64,000 nt of DNA, taken from positions 324,595 to 388,594 of IMG/VR virus record IMGVR_UViG_3300024262_006558; one strand, written 5' to 3'. The notes under the pieces were generated by a model. The model was not told the origin of the DNA. It saw only the letters and a list, made by a program, of their open reading frames with translations, and did no database searches. The position numbers were made by a program, and so were the translations under genes. Position 1 is the stretch's first letter. Every line of letters begins with the position of its first letter. This document shows positions 10,031 to 20,115 of this stretch, piece after piece.

Positions 10031-11589
10031 AATAATACATTTTTAATTCTAAATATTGTTTCATCTGATCCTATTAATTCCATAATTGGAAATAATTCAG
10101 GTCCGCCAGTTTCTTGTGTTATAATATACCTTAATGGTTTTAACACATCACCAAACTTCACACCAAGGTCATCACAAGTAATCTTTAAGTAATTCTTTGT
10201 TTGAGCAGTTGGGACCGTTGTATAGTCTTCATAAAAATCAGTAAGAACCTCTACAACATTATCAGTCAATTGCTTTTTAAGAATGCTCCAATCATAATCT
10301 TCTTTATTAAGTGGAAGGAATAAATACTGAGATTTTGGCATCAGATCAGTTATAAACTCTACTCGATCCTTAAGGAGATCGCAAGCTTTAGTAGCGTATA
10401 CTTCATTAAGCCTGGATAATGTAAAGTGAGGCTTATAAACCTCACCCCAACTTTCAACCTCATATTTCCAGTCTTTCAATAAAGTTTCAGCTAATACACT
10501 TGAATCAGTTTGGCGAATATACTTTCCATTCATCCAAGTAATCTTTTCATTGTCATAGCGAATACCTGCTTTGTTAACTCTATCCATAGAGAATGCATTT
10601 ACCAATTCTTCAAAGGTAAAAATCTCTTGATCGTTGCCAGGGTTCCACCCTAACATCGCCATAAAATTTACTACAGCATCTTTATCATAACCTCCCTCTT
10701 TATAACCTAAACATGTAATTTGTTGTTTCTTTTTATCGTCATACACTTGACATTGAAAAGGATAGATAGGAAAACCTAATCTATGAGCCGTTCTCTTACT
10801 TAATTTACCTTTACCATCAGGGTTTAAAACTAATGGCAAGTGGGCAAATTCAGGAATATCCCACCCTAAAGCTTCGTACAACATAATATGTAATGGAGTG
10901 GATGGTAACCACTCTTCCCCTCTTATCACATGAGATATCTTCATAAGATGATCATCTATGACAGCAGCTAAGTGATACGTTGGAACACCATCAGATTTCA
11001 TAAGCACTTTATCATCCACTTCATTAGAATTGAATGTGACTTTATCTCTGACCATGTCAGTAAATGTAATTTCTTTATCTTTTGTAACTTTAAATCTTAT
11101 TACGTAAGACGCGCCAGAAGAAATTGCTTTTTTAACATCGCTTTCCCCCATTGTAAGAGAATTAGACATCAAGTCTCTAGTGTTATGATCATATTTAGGC
11201 ATAGGATTAATATCCGTTTTAAGATCTTCTCTCATAGCATTCAATGCCGCAGGAGTATCAAAAGCGTAATAAGCATGTCCAGATTTGATTAACTCTTGAA
11301 CATATACCTCATATAACTCCAACCTCTCAGATTGTATATATGGACCATCAAGGCCGCCTATGCCTGGACCTTCATCAAACTCTATACCGCACCAATCCAT
11401 AGATTTCTTGATATATTCTTGAGCTCCTTCTACGAGCCTTGAACTATCTGTATCTTCTATTCTGAGTATTAATTCACCACCATATTTAGCTGCGAACAAA
11501 TAGTTGTAAAGGGCTGTTCTTATATTACCACAATGTATTGGACCTGTCGGGCTTGGAGCAAATCTAGTTCTAATGCGTTTTTCTTCCAT
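10012..11589 (-). CDS. gltX: Glutamyl-tRNA synthetase
   Basis: RFAPSPTGPIHCGN (HIGH-like), RIEDTD, VIRGEEW, KLSKR (KMSKS-like). Confidence 0.95.
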   Translation of the reverse strand: MEEKRIRTRFAPSPTGPIHCGNIRTALYNYLFAAKYGGELILRIEDTDSSRLVEGAQEYIKKSMDWCGIEFDEGPGIGGLDGPYIQSERLELYEVYVQELIKSGHAYYAFDTPAALNAMREDLKTDINPMPKYDHNTRDLMSNSLTMGESDVKKAISSGASYVIRFKVTKDKEITFTDMVRDKVTFNSNEVDDKVLMKSDGVPTYHLAAVIDDHLMKISHVIRGEEWLPSTPLHIMLYEALGWDIPEFAHLPLVLNPDGKGKLSKRTAHRLGFPIYPFQCQVYDDKKKQQITCLGYKEGGYDKDAVVNFMAMLGWNPGNDQEIFTFEELVNAFSMDRVNKAGIRYDNEKITWMNGKYIRQTDSSVLAETLLKDWKYEVESWGEVYKPHFTLSRLNEVYATKACDLLKDRVEFITDLMPKSQYLFLPLNKEDYDWSILKKQLTDNVVEVLTDFYEDYTTVPTAQTKNYLKITCDDLGVKFGDVLKPLRYIITQETGGPELFPIMELIGSDETIFRIKNVLLWLKEQ

Positions 11590-11669
11590 ATTTAATCATT
11601 TAACACAAAAATACAATTATAAATCTAAAAAAAACAATTTTTTATAATATTTAATTATAAAGACTTATT

Positions 11670-12623
11670 ATGAAAGATAAAATAAAAATATACCAATTAT
11701 CAAGTTCTAGGAACCCTGAAAATGTGAGATATATTGGTAAAACTTCAAATAGCATAAAGTGTAGATTGCAAAAACACTTAAGTAATTTAAAAGGAGATAC
11801 AACTTATAAAGGGAACTGGATAAGAAAAGAAATAAGTGATGGGTTTCATATAATTATAAAAAGTATTTATATCGTTTTAGAAAATGAGAACTGGCAAGAT
11901 GTGGAAATAAAACTTATTTCTGAATACAAAAAAAAAGGTTATAAATTGACAAACTTAACCCCAGGAGGAGAAGGGATGCATGGAAAAGATAATCCTTTCT
12001 ATAATAAATCACACACTGAAGAATCTAAGCAAAAGTTGAGAATATCACAACCTTCAAGAAAGGAAGTGATTCAATATAATAAAACAGGTAAAATAATTAA
12101 TAAATATGATTCAATAGCACAAGCTTCAAAAGAATGCAAAATACCTATATCATCCATTTCTAATGTATGCAAAATAAAAAAGAAATATAAGACGGCTGGA
12201 GGTTATGTTTGGAGATTTAAAGGTGATTCTTTTTCTTTAGAATATGAAAATCCAGCCAAAAATTTAAGAAAGAAGGTGGATCAATATAATAAAAAAGGTG
12301 AGTTAATTGCAACGTATAATTCAGTTTCAAAAGCTTGTGATATAACCAGTATACCTTCTGGCAATATTTCTAGATGCTGCAATAAAAACCTTAAAACTGC
12401 TGGTGGATATGTATGGAGATTTGAAAATGACCTTTTCGAAAAACCTTCTGTAAGGAAGGGTTCCAAAAATATCATTCAATTTGACGTAGATGGAAATAAA
12501 ATTATGGAATACAATTCTATATCAGATGCTGTCAAAAAAACTGGAATTAATTATTCAGGAATATACCATTGTGCTAACGGTAAGGTTAAAACTATAAAAG
12601 GATATATTTTTAAGTTTAAATAA
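11670..12623 (+). mobile_element. Free-standing GIY-YIG homing endonuclease with NUMOD1 repeats
   Basis: KIYQL...RYIGKT, R...H, E...LTN; three YxSxxxA...I..C....K.AGGYVW repeats; antisense to neighbours. Confidence 0.88.
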
Positions 12624-12637
12624 AAATTTATAAATTT

Positions 12638-12691
12638 TTATTTAAACTTACCTGTTGGCGAAGGCGCATATCTTACTCTTACTTTATTCAT
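12638..12691 (-). pseudogene. Remnant 5' end of a gltX allele (MNKVRVRYAPSPTGKFK*)
   Basis: 17-aa ORF matches GluRS N-terminus RIRTRFAPSPTG and diverges right after TG. Confidence 0.8.
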
Positions 12692-12778
12692 AATTATATA
12701 ACGAAATTATAATCATTTTGTTGCTTGACTTATTAAATGATTATGATTAAATTCTTATAAAGATACAAAATCTATGCC

Positions 12779-13498
12779 ATGAGAAAAAGATTTTACATAA
12801 AACCTGACTTAAAACTTTTCTTAGACCAAGATCCGCTTAGGTTTTCCAGAAGTCAAATAACAGATTTAATTGAAAACCACTTCAATATATATAGCAGTAG
12901 ATTTGGTAAAAACATTCCATTCAAACTAAATAATAATCAGAAACAAATTATTAAATCTGTTTCTGAAAACAAGATAACTGTTATTTCTAAAACTAGACAA
13001 TTAGGCGTTTCTACAGTTATGCAATCAATTTTAACTTTGTTAATGGCTGATGCAGATGTTACTGTTTATTATATTTGTCATAATAAACAGTCTGCTAAAT
13101 CTCGTAAACAATCGATGATATATTTACTTGAATGCTTGAAAGAGTTTGAACTTCAATACAAATCTCCTGACAACCCTTCTTCATTTGATATTATAAAAGA
13201 AACTGAAAATTCTTATACTTTATCAAACTTTAGCAAAATAAAGTTCACAACTTACGATCCTAACCTTTTTAGAGGAAGTAATGCTATGCATGTTTATTTT
13301 GATGAATGTTTACCTAACAATGTAGCTGATGCTATGATTATGTTAGGGCCAATTACGAATGCGATTAAAGGTCATAGAATTATTATATCAAACCCTACAA
13401 GTGAAGCTGAATACATTTCTCAATCTTTGAGAAACTTAAGGCATCATTTTTTAAATATACCTAGAGGTGAATACCATTTATCTCCAGCCACTTACTAG
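12779..13498 (+). CDS. MRKxFY-leader protein with terminase large subunit (gp17-like) ATPase fragment
   Basis: MRKRFY; IPFKLNNNQKQII, SKTRQLGVST, FRGSNAMHVYFDE; 239 aa, no nuclease domain. Confidence 0.72.
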   Translation: MRKRFYIKPDLKLFLDQDPLRFSRSQITDLIENHFNIYSSRFGKNIPFKLNNNQKQIIKSVSENKITVISKTRQLGVSTVMQSILTLLMADADVTVYYICHNKQSAKSRKQSMIYLLECLKEFELQYKSPDNPSSFDIIKETENSYTLSNFSKIKFTTYDPNLFRGSNAMHVYFDECLPNNVADAMIMLGPITNAIKGHRIIISNPTSEAEYISQSLRNLRHHFLNIPRGEYHLSPATY

Positions 13499-13977
13499 CC
13501 ATATGCTTTAATACATCTTAGTATGTATTCAGAATGCTCTCTCCTTCCTGAATCTTCTGGTACTAACCCAATAGATAAATGGAATCCATAAAACGGATCA
13601 CCAAGACCAGCTTCATTTCTAATAGATTGACCTTCGGGACAATTAACTTTTAACCACCAATGAGCAGCGTTTGTTCTCACATTCACATCATAGTAAAATG
13701 TTACTAGTGTTCCGTGATATTTTTCTTTTATAGCTTCAAAGTTTTTAGTTAACTCAGGAGTATTGATCCTATCATTTATGATAGTAACATGATTCCCTCT
13801 AAGAGGTGTATTAAGTTCTAAACCATATCTAGCCTTAACAAACCAAGCATAATATTCTGGAAGATCATCATTAATGATAATCATAGCAGTTCTCTTCCAA
13901 CTACTTTGTTTATTATGCTTCTTTGTTTTATTGTCTGGATCAAAGAAAATTCTACCCGTTAACTTAATTCCTTCCAT
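13495..13977 (-). CDS. Putative 2H phosphoesterase
   Basis: Two HxT/S motifs: NHVTII and FHLSIG. Confidence 0.6.
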   Translation of the reverse strand: MEGIKLTGRIFFDPDNKTKKHNKQSSWKRTAMIIINDDLPEYYAWFVKARYGLELNTPLRGNHVTIINDRINTPELTKNFEAIKEKYHGTLVTFYYDVNVRTNAAHWWLKVNCPEGQSIRNEAGLGDPFYGFHLSIGLVPEDSGRREHSEYILRCIKAYG

Positions 13978-13980
13978 TTT

Positions 13981-14289
13981 TTAAATAGAATTCATGTAAT
14001 CTAAATATCTATCTACTAACTCGTTTGAGTCAACTATTTCAACCGTAGTTAGGTTCTTAGTTGTTCTCCATCCTTTAGAAGTTTTTTTGTAAACATGATC
14101 CCCAACTAAAACAAAAGAACCTTTCTTGTTTCTGGAAATTGTGTTCATAAATACAGAATGATGCTCAACTTTATCTTTACTATCAGCTTTTTTCAATGAC
14201 TCACTAGTCAATAAAGCTTTAAAAAACACATCTACACTCTTCGGCGGTTCCACTCCAACTATATCCTCTAAAATTCGTTCATCACTCAT
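13981..14289 (-). CDS. Hypothetical protein
   Basis: 102 aa ORF in operon. Confidence 0.55.
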   Translation of the reverse strand: MSDERILEDIVGVEPPKSVDVFFKALLTSESLKKADSKDKVEHHSVFMNTISRNKKGSFVLVGDHVYKKTSKGWRTTKNLTTVEIVDSNELVDRYLDYMNSI

Positions 14290-14295
14290 ATGTTT

Positions 14296-14697
14296 CTATT
14301 TAGTTTGTTCTAAGAACTTTATTCTATCTCTACATATACTAGCAAAAGTATAATCTTCAATTTCAGTATAATAATTCATTAACTGATTTAGTTCTTCAAT
14401 ATTTAATAGCTCAAAATCTCTAGCTTGCAATTCTTGTATAGAAGAGTTTTTGTCAGCCTCAAAAGTAATATTATAAAGCGTTATAAGTTGTTGCATCTTC
14501 TGAATAGTAGCTTTATAATTTAAAGCTATTATCATCCACTCTTTACTTTTTTTCTGCTCTTTTCTTCTATCATTCTCCAGGTTTTCAATCCTAGTTTTTT
14601 GCTGAATTAAAATGTATATAAAAATAGGGGAAAACATAATCACTCCAACTAAAATAATACACACTACATTCAAAACAATAATACTTATTAATTCCAT
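14296..14697 (-). CDS. Membrane-anchored coiled-coil protein with C-terminal UVR motif
   Basis: N-terminal TM; LMNYYTEIEDYTFASICRDRI. Confidence 0.6.
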   Translation of the reverse strand: MELISIIVLNVVCIILVGVIMFSPIFIYILIQQKTRIENLENDRRKEQKKSKEWMIIALNYKATIQKMQQLITLYNITFEADKNSSIQELQARDFELLNIEELNQLMNYYTEIEDYTFASICRDRIKFLEQTK

Positions 14698-14758
14698 ATT
14701 GTTATCGACTTCACACTTATATAACGTCTATTATAGTATTTTGTTGTTATTAAATCAA

Positions 14759-14786
14759 AAAAAAAGGCGGAATATCCGCCTTTTTC
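14759..14786 (-). terminator. Rho-independent terminator after clpP
   Basis: aaaaaggcgg-aatat-ccgccttttt. Confidence 0.75.
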
Positions 14787-14802
14787 TAATAAACACTATA
14801 AA

Positions 14803-15609
14803 TTATTTAGCAACTGCTTTCTTTACGATAACAGAATCAATGATTCCATATGCTTCAGCCTCTTCAGATCTAAACCACTTATCAGTAATACAATCTTCTT
14901 CAATCTGCTCATAAGACTTGCCAGTAGCTTCTGCTAAAATCTTATAAAGATCCTCAGTGTATTTTTCTAATTCAGCCATAGTAACTTTCATGTCACTACG
15001 TTTACCTTGAGCTCCACCTGAAGCTTGGTGAATCATTGTACGAGAATACTTTAAAGAGTGTCTCTTGCCTTTTGTACCAGAAGCTAACAAAATAGCTCCC
15101 ATGCTTGCTGCCATACCTGCAACAGTTGTTCTAACGTCTGGGTTTATGTAGTTCATAACATCAACCGTTGATAGACCGTGAATAACACTTCCACCTGGAG
15201 AATCAATATACATATTGATCTCTTTCTTGCTATCCGTATTCTCTAAGAATAGAAGTTGAGCGTTAACAATATTTGTTACTTGAGAATCTACTGGTGTACC
15301 GAACCAAATAACTCTGTCTTTCATAAGACGAGAAAACACGTCTAAGATAGCCATGTTACCTGGTCTCTCTTCTACAATGTTTGGAGTTAGGTTATAAATG
15401 TCTGAAGCGCTTTGGGATATTCCAGAAACCTCCATAACGTTTGCACTAATACCTGCTTGGTACTGATGCATAGCCGCATTAGAGATACCAGCCATTACTT
15501 CAGCGGAAAATCTTTTAGGATTAAAAACCTTATTTTGATAATCCTCTAAAGTAGTTGTTGGAACACCTTGATCTTTTGCAAATAATTTAAATTCTTTTTC
15601 GATATTCAT
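14803..15609 (-). CDS. clpP: ATP-dependent Clp protease proteolytic subunit
   Basis: LDVFSRLMKDRVI, YIDSPGGSV, GMAASMGA (Ser), MIHQ (His), DKW (Asp). Confidence 0.95.
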   Translation of the reverse strand: MNIEKEFKLFAKDQGVPTTTLEDYQNKVFNPKRFSAEVMAGISNAAMHQYQAGISANVMEVSGISQSASDIYNLTPNIVEERPGNMAILDVFSRLMKDRVIWFGTPVDSQVTNIVNAQLLFLENTDSKKEINMYIDSPGGSVIHGLSTVDVMNYINPDVRTTVAGMAASMGAILLASGTKGKRHSLKYSRTMIHQASGGAQGKRSDMKVTMAELEKYTEDLYKILAEATGKSYEQIEEDCITDKWFRSEEAEAYGIIDSVIVKKAVAK

Positions 15610-15639
15610 TACTTAATATTTAATGAGTTAATATGAAAA

Positions 15640-15670
15640 CAAATATAAGACTTTATAAAAACTTGTGCAA
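15640..15670 (-). promoter_or_regulatory. Bacteroidota-type promoter for clpP
   Basis: Minus strand TTGCAC-17 nt-TATATTTG (TAnnTTTG -7 element). Confidence 0.6.
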
Positions 15671-15671
15671 T

Positions 15672-15704
15672 AAAAAAGCCCCTTTTTTTTAGGGGCTTTT
15701 TTTT
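15672..15704 (-). terminator. Rho-independent terminator
   Basis: aaaaaagcccc-tttttttta-ggggctttttt. Confidence 0.7.
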
Positions 15705-16200
15705 ATTTTTTACTAAAAAGGCTTTTAAACATGCTCCAACCAGAGCGATTCAACTTTTCTTTTTCCAGTTTAAGCAAATGCTTATACTTAGAAACAATAT
15801 TAGCAACCTCAGCGCATTCCTGAAGTAAACCATCTGTTGTGTCTATGTTAACTGCTTTTAATTCACTTTTGAATCTTGCGAATATGTTGTATCTAAAATC
15901 AATAAACTCTTGACTGTTTTGAAAGTCAGTGTGAGTATATCTCCATTTGATTTGACCCTTGATCATTACAGGTATCATTCTCATGTTAAACCCAGTGTAG
16001 TTAATAGTATCCTGTAAAGCGGCCATCTTTTCTACACTTTTTACTTTCCAACCATGTTGTAAATAGTTAAATACAAGATCTCTTGCTATTAAACCAAGTT
16101 CCTCGTTTTCATTCATGCATTTTTTAAAACCTTCATTGGTTAATGCGTACTTTGGCACAGATTTGGACTGAGCTTTAGTAAGTTTCAATTCCTTTGACAT
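15703..16200 (-). CDS. Hypothetical protein
   Basis: 165 aa ORF. Confidence 0.55.
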   Translation of the reverse strand: MSKELKLTKAQSKSVPKYALTNEGFKKCMNENEELGLIARDLVFNYLQHGWKVKSVEKMAALQDTINYTGFNMRMIPVMIKGQIKWRYTHTDFQNSQEFIDFRYNIFARFKSELKAVNIDTTDGLLQECAEVANIVSKYKHLLKLEKEKLNRSGWSMFKSLFSKK

Positions 16201-16302
16201 TTTGTTATTCTTTTTATTATTTTTAATTAAGTTATTACAAAGTTATAAAATTAAATACTTATAACTAAAATAAAACATGATATTTATTTGTTATTTTTTA
16301 TT

Positions 16303-17208
16303 TTATTTTACCCATTGAGCTAAACGACCATCTTGAGTGAAGTATAAATCTTTATCTTCCAATTCTTCTTTGATGATATATTTTTTAAAGTACTCATAAA
16401 AAATTTGTCCAGGTATTCCAACTAGACTATTATATTCATGATGACAATAGTCATTATACCTCTCCTTAAGGTACTCACCTTTTCTCATGCCATCAGCCTT
16501 CACCCATTTCAAAACAGATAGTTTGAGAGGTACACCAAGTTCATGTGAAGGTAAAGCTCTAGTTGCTATTCCAGATAATTTCATCCAATCCTCATAAGCA
16601 TTATCCGTTGACACAATAACTTCATCATTACTGATATAAGCTAAGTCAAATCCTTCTTTCTCTAATGCGTCAGCTAACTGATTCATTTTCATTAGCTGTA
16701 TCTTACCATTTCTATTAGGGTTAAGGTTTCCAAACACTACTTGCCTAAATGATTTAGATTTAACCAGAGTTGGATAAATCATTAAACTAATACAAAGCTC
16801 TTCCCAACTTTTACCTAACTCATTATCCACATCAAATGTTTTCATGGTAGAGAAATTAGCGCTCTTTATATCAATCGATATAAACATGCTTCCAGACTTA
16901 ACAAACCTTTGATCTAAAGTTCTAAACTCATGACTTGAATAATCATACTCCTGAAAACATGTATAAGCTACAGAATGTTCAATATGGTGTTTTATCTTAG
17001 AAAGACATTCTTTTTTATATCTACCAATATGTTCATAACCATGTTCTTTAACCCACTTTTCAAAACCTTTAAACTCTTCTACAAGAGCAGGTAAATGAGA
17101 AAACTCAGGTGACTTAGATAATGTTTCAATATAGTAATCGAACAACGTATCCACTGGAACACTTATTTTAAACATTTTAGCAAATTCTTTATTGTCCATA
17201 ATCTCCAA
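16303..17208 (-). CDS. Hypothetical protein with weak polymerase-palm-like motifs
   Basis: ISIDIKSANFS and YISNDEVIV. Confidence 0.45.
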   Translation of the reverse strand: MEIMDNKEFAKMFKISVPVDTLFDYYIETLSKSPEFSHLPALVEEFKGFEKWVKEHGYEHIGRYKKECLSKIKHHIEHSVAYTCFQEYDYSSHEFRTLDQRFVKSGSMFISIDIKSANFSTMKTFDVDNELGKSWEELCISLMIYPTLVKSKSFRQVVFGNLNPNRNGKIQLMKMNQLADALEKEGFDLAYISNDEVIVSTDNAYEDWMKLSGIATRALPSHELGVPLKLSVLKWVKADGMRKGEYLKERYNDYCHHEYNSLVGIPGQIFYEYFKKYIIKEELEDKDLYFTQDGRLAQWVK

Positions 17209-17470
17209 ATCTATCTTTTAAAACTTTTTTCTCACCATACCGATCTGTAAACACAATCAAGTCTGCTCTATTCATTCTATTCCTAGAGTCTACAGCCACA
17301 CCGCTTGTAAAGAACGACATACCTGTAGACCTATGGAAGTTAAAGTCATATAAATTAATATCATTTATATGCTTATATCTAGACCCTTTCACCAAATCAT
17401 TCTCAGTTAAATATATTGGTTCCCTATATGGTCTCCACTGTTTGACTGTGTGGTAAAAACGCTTTCTCAT
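17189..17470 (-). CDS. MRKxFY-leader protein; C-terminus resembles SF4 helicase/RecA-fold C-terminal strands
   Basis: MRKRFY; RADLIVF...KVLKDRFGD. Confidence 0.55.
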   Translation of the reverse strand: MRKRFYHTVKQWRPYREPIYLTENDLVKGSRYKHINDINLYDFNFHRSTGMSFFTSGVAVDSRNRMNRADLIVFTDRYGEKKVLKDRFGDYGQ

Positions 17471-18840
17471 ACAGAATAAAACTCTTTACGGATATTAAGA
17501 AGTATTTCTTTACCTTTTTTAGGATCAGAATCTTTAGGCAAATCACTTATAGCATAAGCTTTATCTGATTGCTTCATAAGATCTTCCGCTCCAGACAATA
17601 TAGTATCATAGTCTTGAGCTCCTTTGCGTATCGCTAAGAGCTCTTCTCTATTGTCACGCCTAACGTTAACACCTTTGCCTTCAGCGATCTCTAGAGACAT
17701 CTGTAGAAGCCTATAGCAATGCATCATGTTCTTGGTATCATAACCTTTCTTAGCTGAATCTTTATAACGCTCAGGATTTCTTTCTTCAACCCAGTCCCAA
17801 TATTTTTTATGAGACTTGCAGTGTTGAGTATAAGCATCCTTTGAATAAACAAAGATTGCTACAGACTCTTCAGACTTAGGAACAGAAGAAGATCTAAGAG
17901 AATTAGAAGTCTCATGCATTATCCCTTTGTATCCAAGGCCCATGAATTCACCAGCGTCCTTAGCAATTTTCTTTCTTTCTTTTCTATCCTCTTCGGGAAC
18001 CATTTCAGAAAACATGTTATGCGCAGACCAATCATAAAACAATGCGAAATTATCTTTTGCATTAGGTATACTTACTATACCGCAAAACTTTTGATCATAA
18101 CCATAATGTTCTAATACCTTCTTTAATGGAATAGTCTTATGACCTTCTATTGCATAACAGAAGTCCAATGGAGTTTTTCTAGCTTTTGGCATCTCATTAA
18201 CAATCATTTTGTTTTGCCCTCTAGCTTTTGATATTTGCTTTTTAGCATATCCACCAAATGAATCTTTACATCTTTTTGACAAGAAATCTTTAGCATTAAT
18301 TTGATCTAGTAACTCAGATTTAAATAACACACAATCATCTGGCATGTTTAACAACTCCAACACTGTTGGGTTGTTGCTAGTCAACATATCCATATACTTT
18401 CTAATTTCAAAATAAGAGTAATCATCTTTCTTTCTCAAGAAAGTTTGAATTGGCTCTATACCATCATCACTTACAACAGAAACTCCTTCCTTGTTTTCTA
18501 TAGGAAGTTTGTCTACAATTACATTTTTATATCCTACATCAGAACATTGCTCTTTTAGAAGGTTATGTAATGCTTCTTGCATTTCATCTCTATTTTCCTG
18601 GTTCTCGCTTTTCTCTTTGAATTCTTCGAAAACGTCTTTTACTTGTTTCTTTACAGTACTTTCAATTACGTCTGGATATTCACCTAACAGTACATCATCT
18701 AACTCAGCTACAAAGATACCTCTTCTATCCTCATCTGATGTTTCTATAGCCGTGTTATAAGCGTGTGATCCAGCTATAACTTCTAACAAAAGAAGTTTAT
18801 TCTCTTTGATATACTCTATAGTGTATTTGTCTTTTGACAT
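17467..18840 (-). CDS. DNA polymerase beta-superfamily nucleotidyltransferase (RlaP/YcgL-like)
   Basis: GSHAYNTAIETSDEDRRGIF; NPTVLELL; GYDTKNMMHCYRLL. Confidence 0.8.
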   Translation of the reverse strand: MSKDKYTIEYIKENKLLLLEVIAGSHAYNTAIETSDEDRRGIFVAELDDVLLGEYPDVIESTVKKQVKDVFEEFKEKSENQENRDEMQEALHNLLKEQCSDVGYKNVIVDKLPIENKEGVSVVSDDGIEPIQTFLRKKDDYSYFEIRKYMDMLTSNNPTVLELLNMPDDCVLFKSELLDQINAKDFLSKRCKDSFGGYAKKQISKARGQNKMIVNEMPKARKTPLDFCYAIEGHKTIPLKKVLEHYGYDQKFCGIVSIPNAKDNFALFYDWSAHNMFSEMVPEEDRKERKKIAKDAGEFMGLGYKGIMHETSNSLRSSSVPKSEESVAIFVYSKDAYTQHCKSHKKYWDWVEERNPERYKDSAKKGYDTKNMMHCYRLLQMSLEIAEGKGVNVRRDNREELLAIRKGAQDYDTILSGAEDLMKQSDKAYAISDLPKDSDPKKGKEILLNIRKEFYSV

Positions 18841-19928
18841 TTTTTAATATATTTATAATTAAAACAACTCTAATTGTACACTATCAACTTACTATGTGGA
18901 ACCGTATAAAATTAGACTCAGAAGAAATAGTAAAATTATATCAATCTGGATTATCTGCAGCAAAGATAGGTAAAAAATTTAACACTAGCAATACTCCAAT
19001 ATACAGAATTTTAAAAGAAGAGGGAGTTCAACTGAGATCTTTTAGTGAAATGAATAGAAAATATAAAGTAAATGAAACCTATTTTGATGTAATAAACTCT
19101 CATGAAAAAGCTTATATTTTAGGTCTGATTTATGCTGATGGATGTAATAAGGTTTATAAAAATACAATAGACATTTCTTTACATAAAAAGGATGTTGACA
19201 TTCTAAAAAAAATAAAAAATATAATTCAGCCAGATAAACCTCTAGGTTTTAGTAAAAAAATGAATCAATATTCATTTAGAATTGAAAATAAACATATCTC
19301 TAAACAACTAGAGCTAAAAGGAGTTATTCAAGCAAAGAGTTTAAAAATAACATTTCCCACTAAAAAAATTGTTCCTAAAAAATTTGTTCATTCCTTTGTA
19401 CTTGGATATTTTGATGGTGATGGCAGCTTATCTATTAGTAAACAAAAATACAATAGAGGATCTATAAATATTACTGGAACTGAAAATTTTGTAGATCATA
19501 TAATTAGATTATCAGAAAATATAAAATGCAATTGGTATAAATATCAAAGATTCCCTGAAAGGAACAATAATAACTACACTATACAAATGTGTGGATCAGT
19601 TCAAAGTATTAGATTTCTAAAATGGATGTATAAAGATTCTCCTATTTTTATGCAAAGAAAACATGATACATTTAATAAACTTTTATTTACTCAATTAGAA
19701 AAGGAAAATAGAAAACAGGAAATTAAAAACAGAAAACAGGAAGATCAAAAAAAAAAAGAAGACAAATATATTAAATATAAAAAAGAGTATAATATGGTTA
19801 TTTCTCTTTATAAGAGAGGAAAATCTATAAGAGAAATACAAGATCTAATTGGTGTCGATCGTAGGAAATCAAGTAAATATATTAAAGAACAGGGTATTAA
19901 CATTAAAATGGGAGGATGGAATAATTAA
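18834..19928 (+). mobile_element. Free-standing LAGLIDADG homing endonuclease
   Basis: AYILGLIYADG and FVLGYFDGDG; terminal HTHs; antisense. Confidence 0.85.
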
Positions 19929-20101
19929 TATTTTTTATTAATCCAAATCCTTAAAATGAAAATAAGACCTATTGGACCAATAATAAATATAAAAAATTCA
20001 TCATAATAATCTTCGCCTTTCTTTAACCTGAAATTATTAACCCAAATGTGTACAGAAAAAACTCCACATAAAAACCATATTATAATATTAGCAAATAACA
20101 T
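19925..20101 (-). CDS. Small two-TM membrane protein (58 aa), missed by ORF track
   Basis: MLFANIIIWFLCGVFSVHIWV...FFIFIIGPIGLIFILRIWINKKY*. Confidence 0.6.
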   Translation of the reverse strand: MLFANIIIWFLCGVFSVHIWVNNFRLKKGEDYYDEFFIFIIGPIGLIFILRIWINKKY

Positions 20102-20115
20102 ATATACTATAAAAA

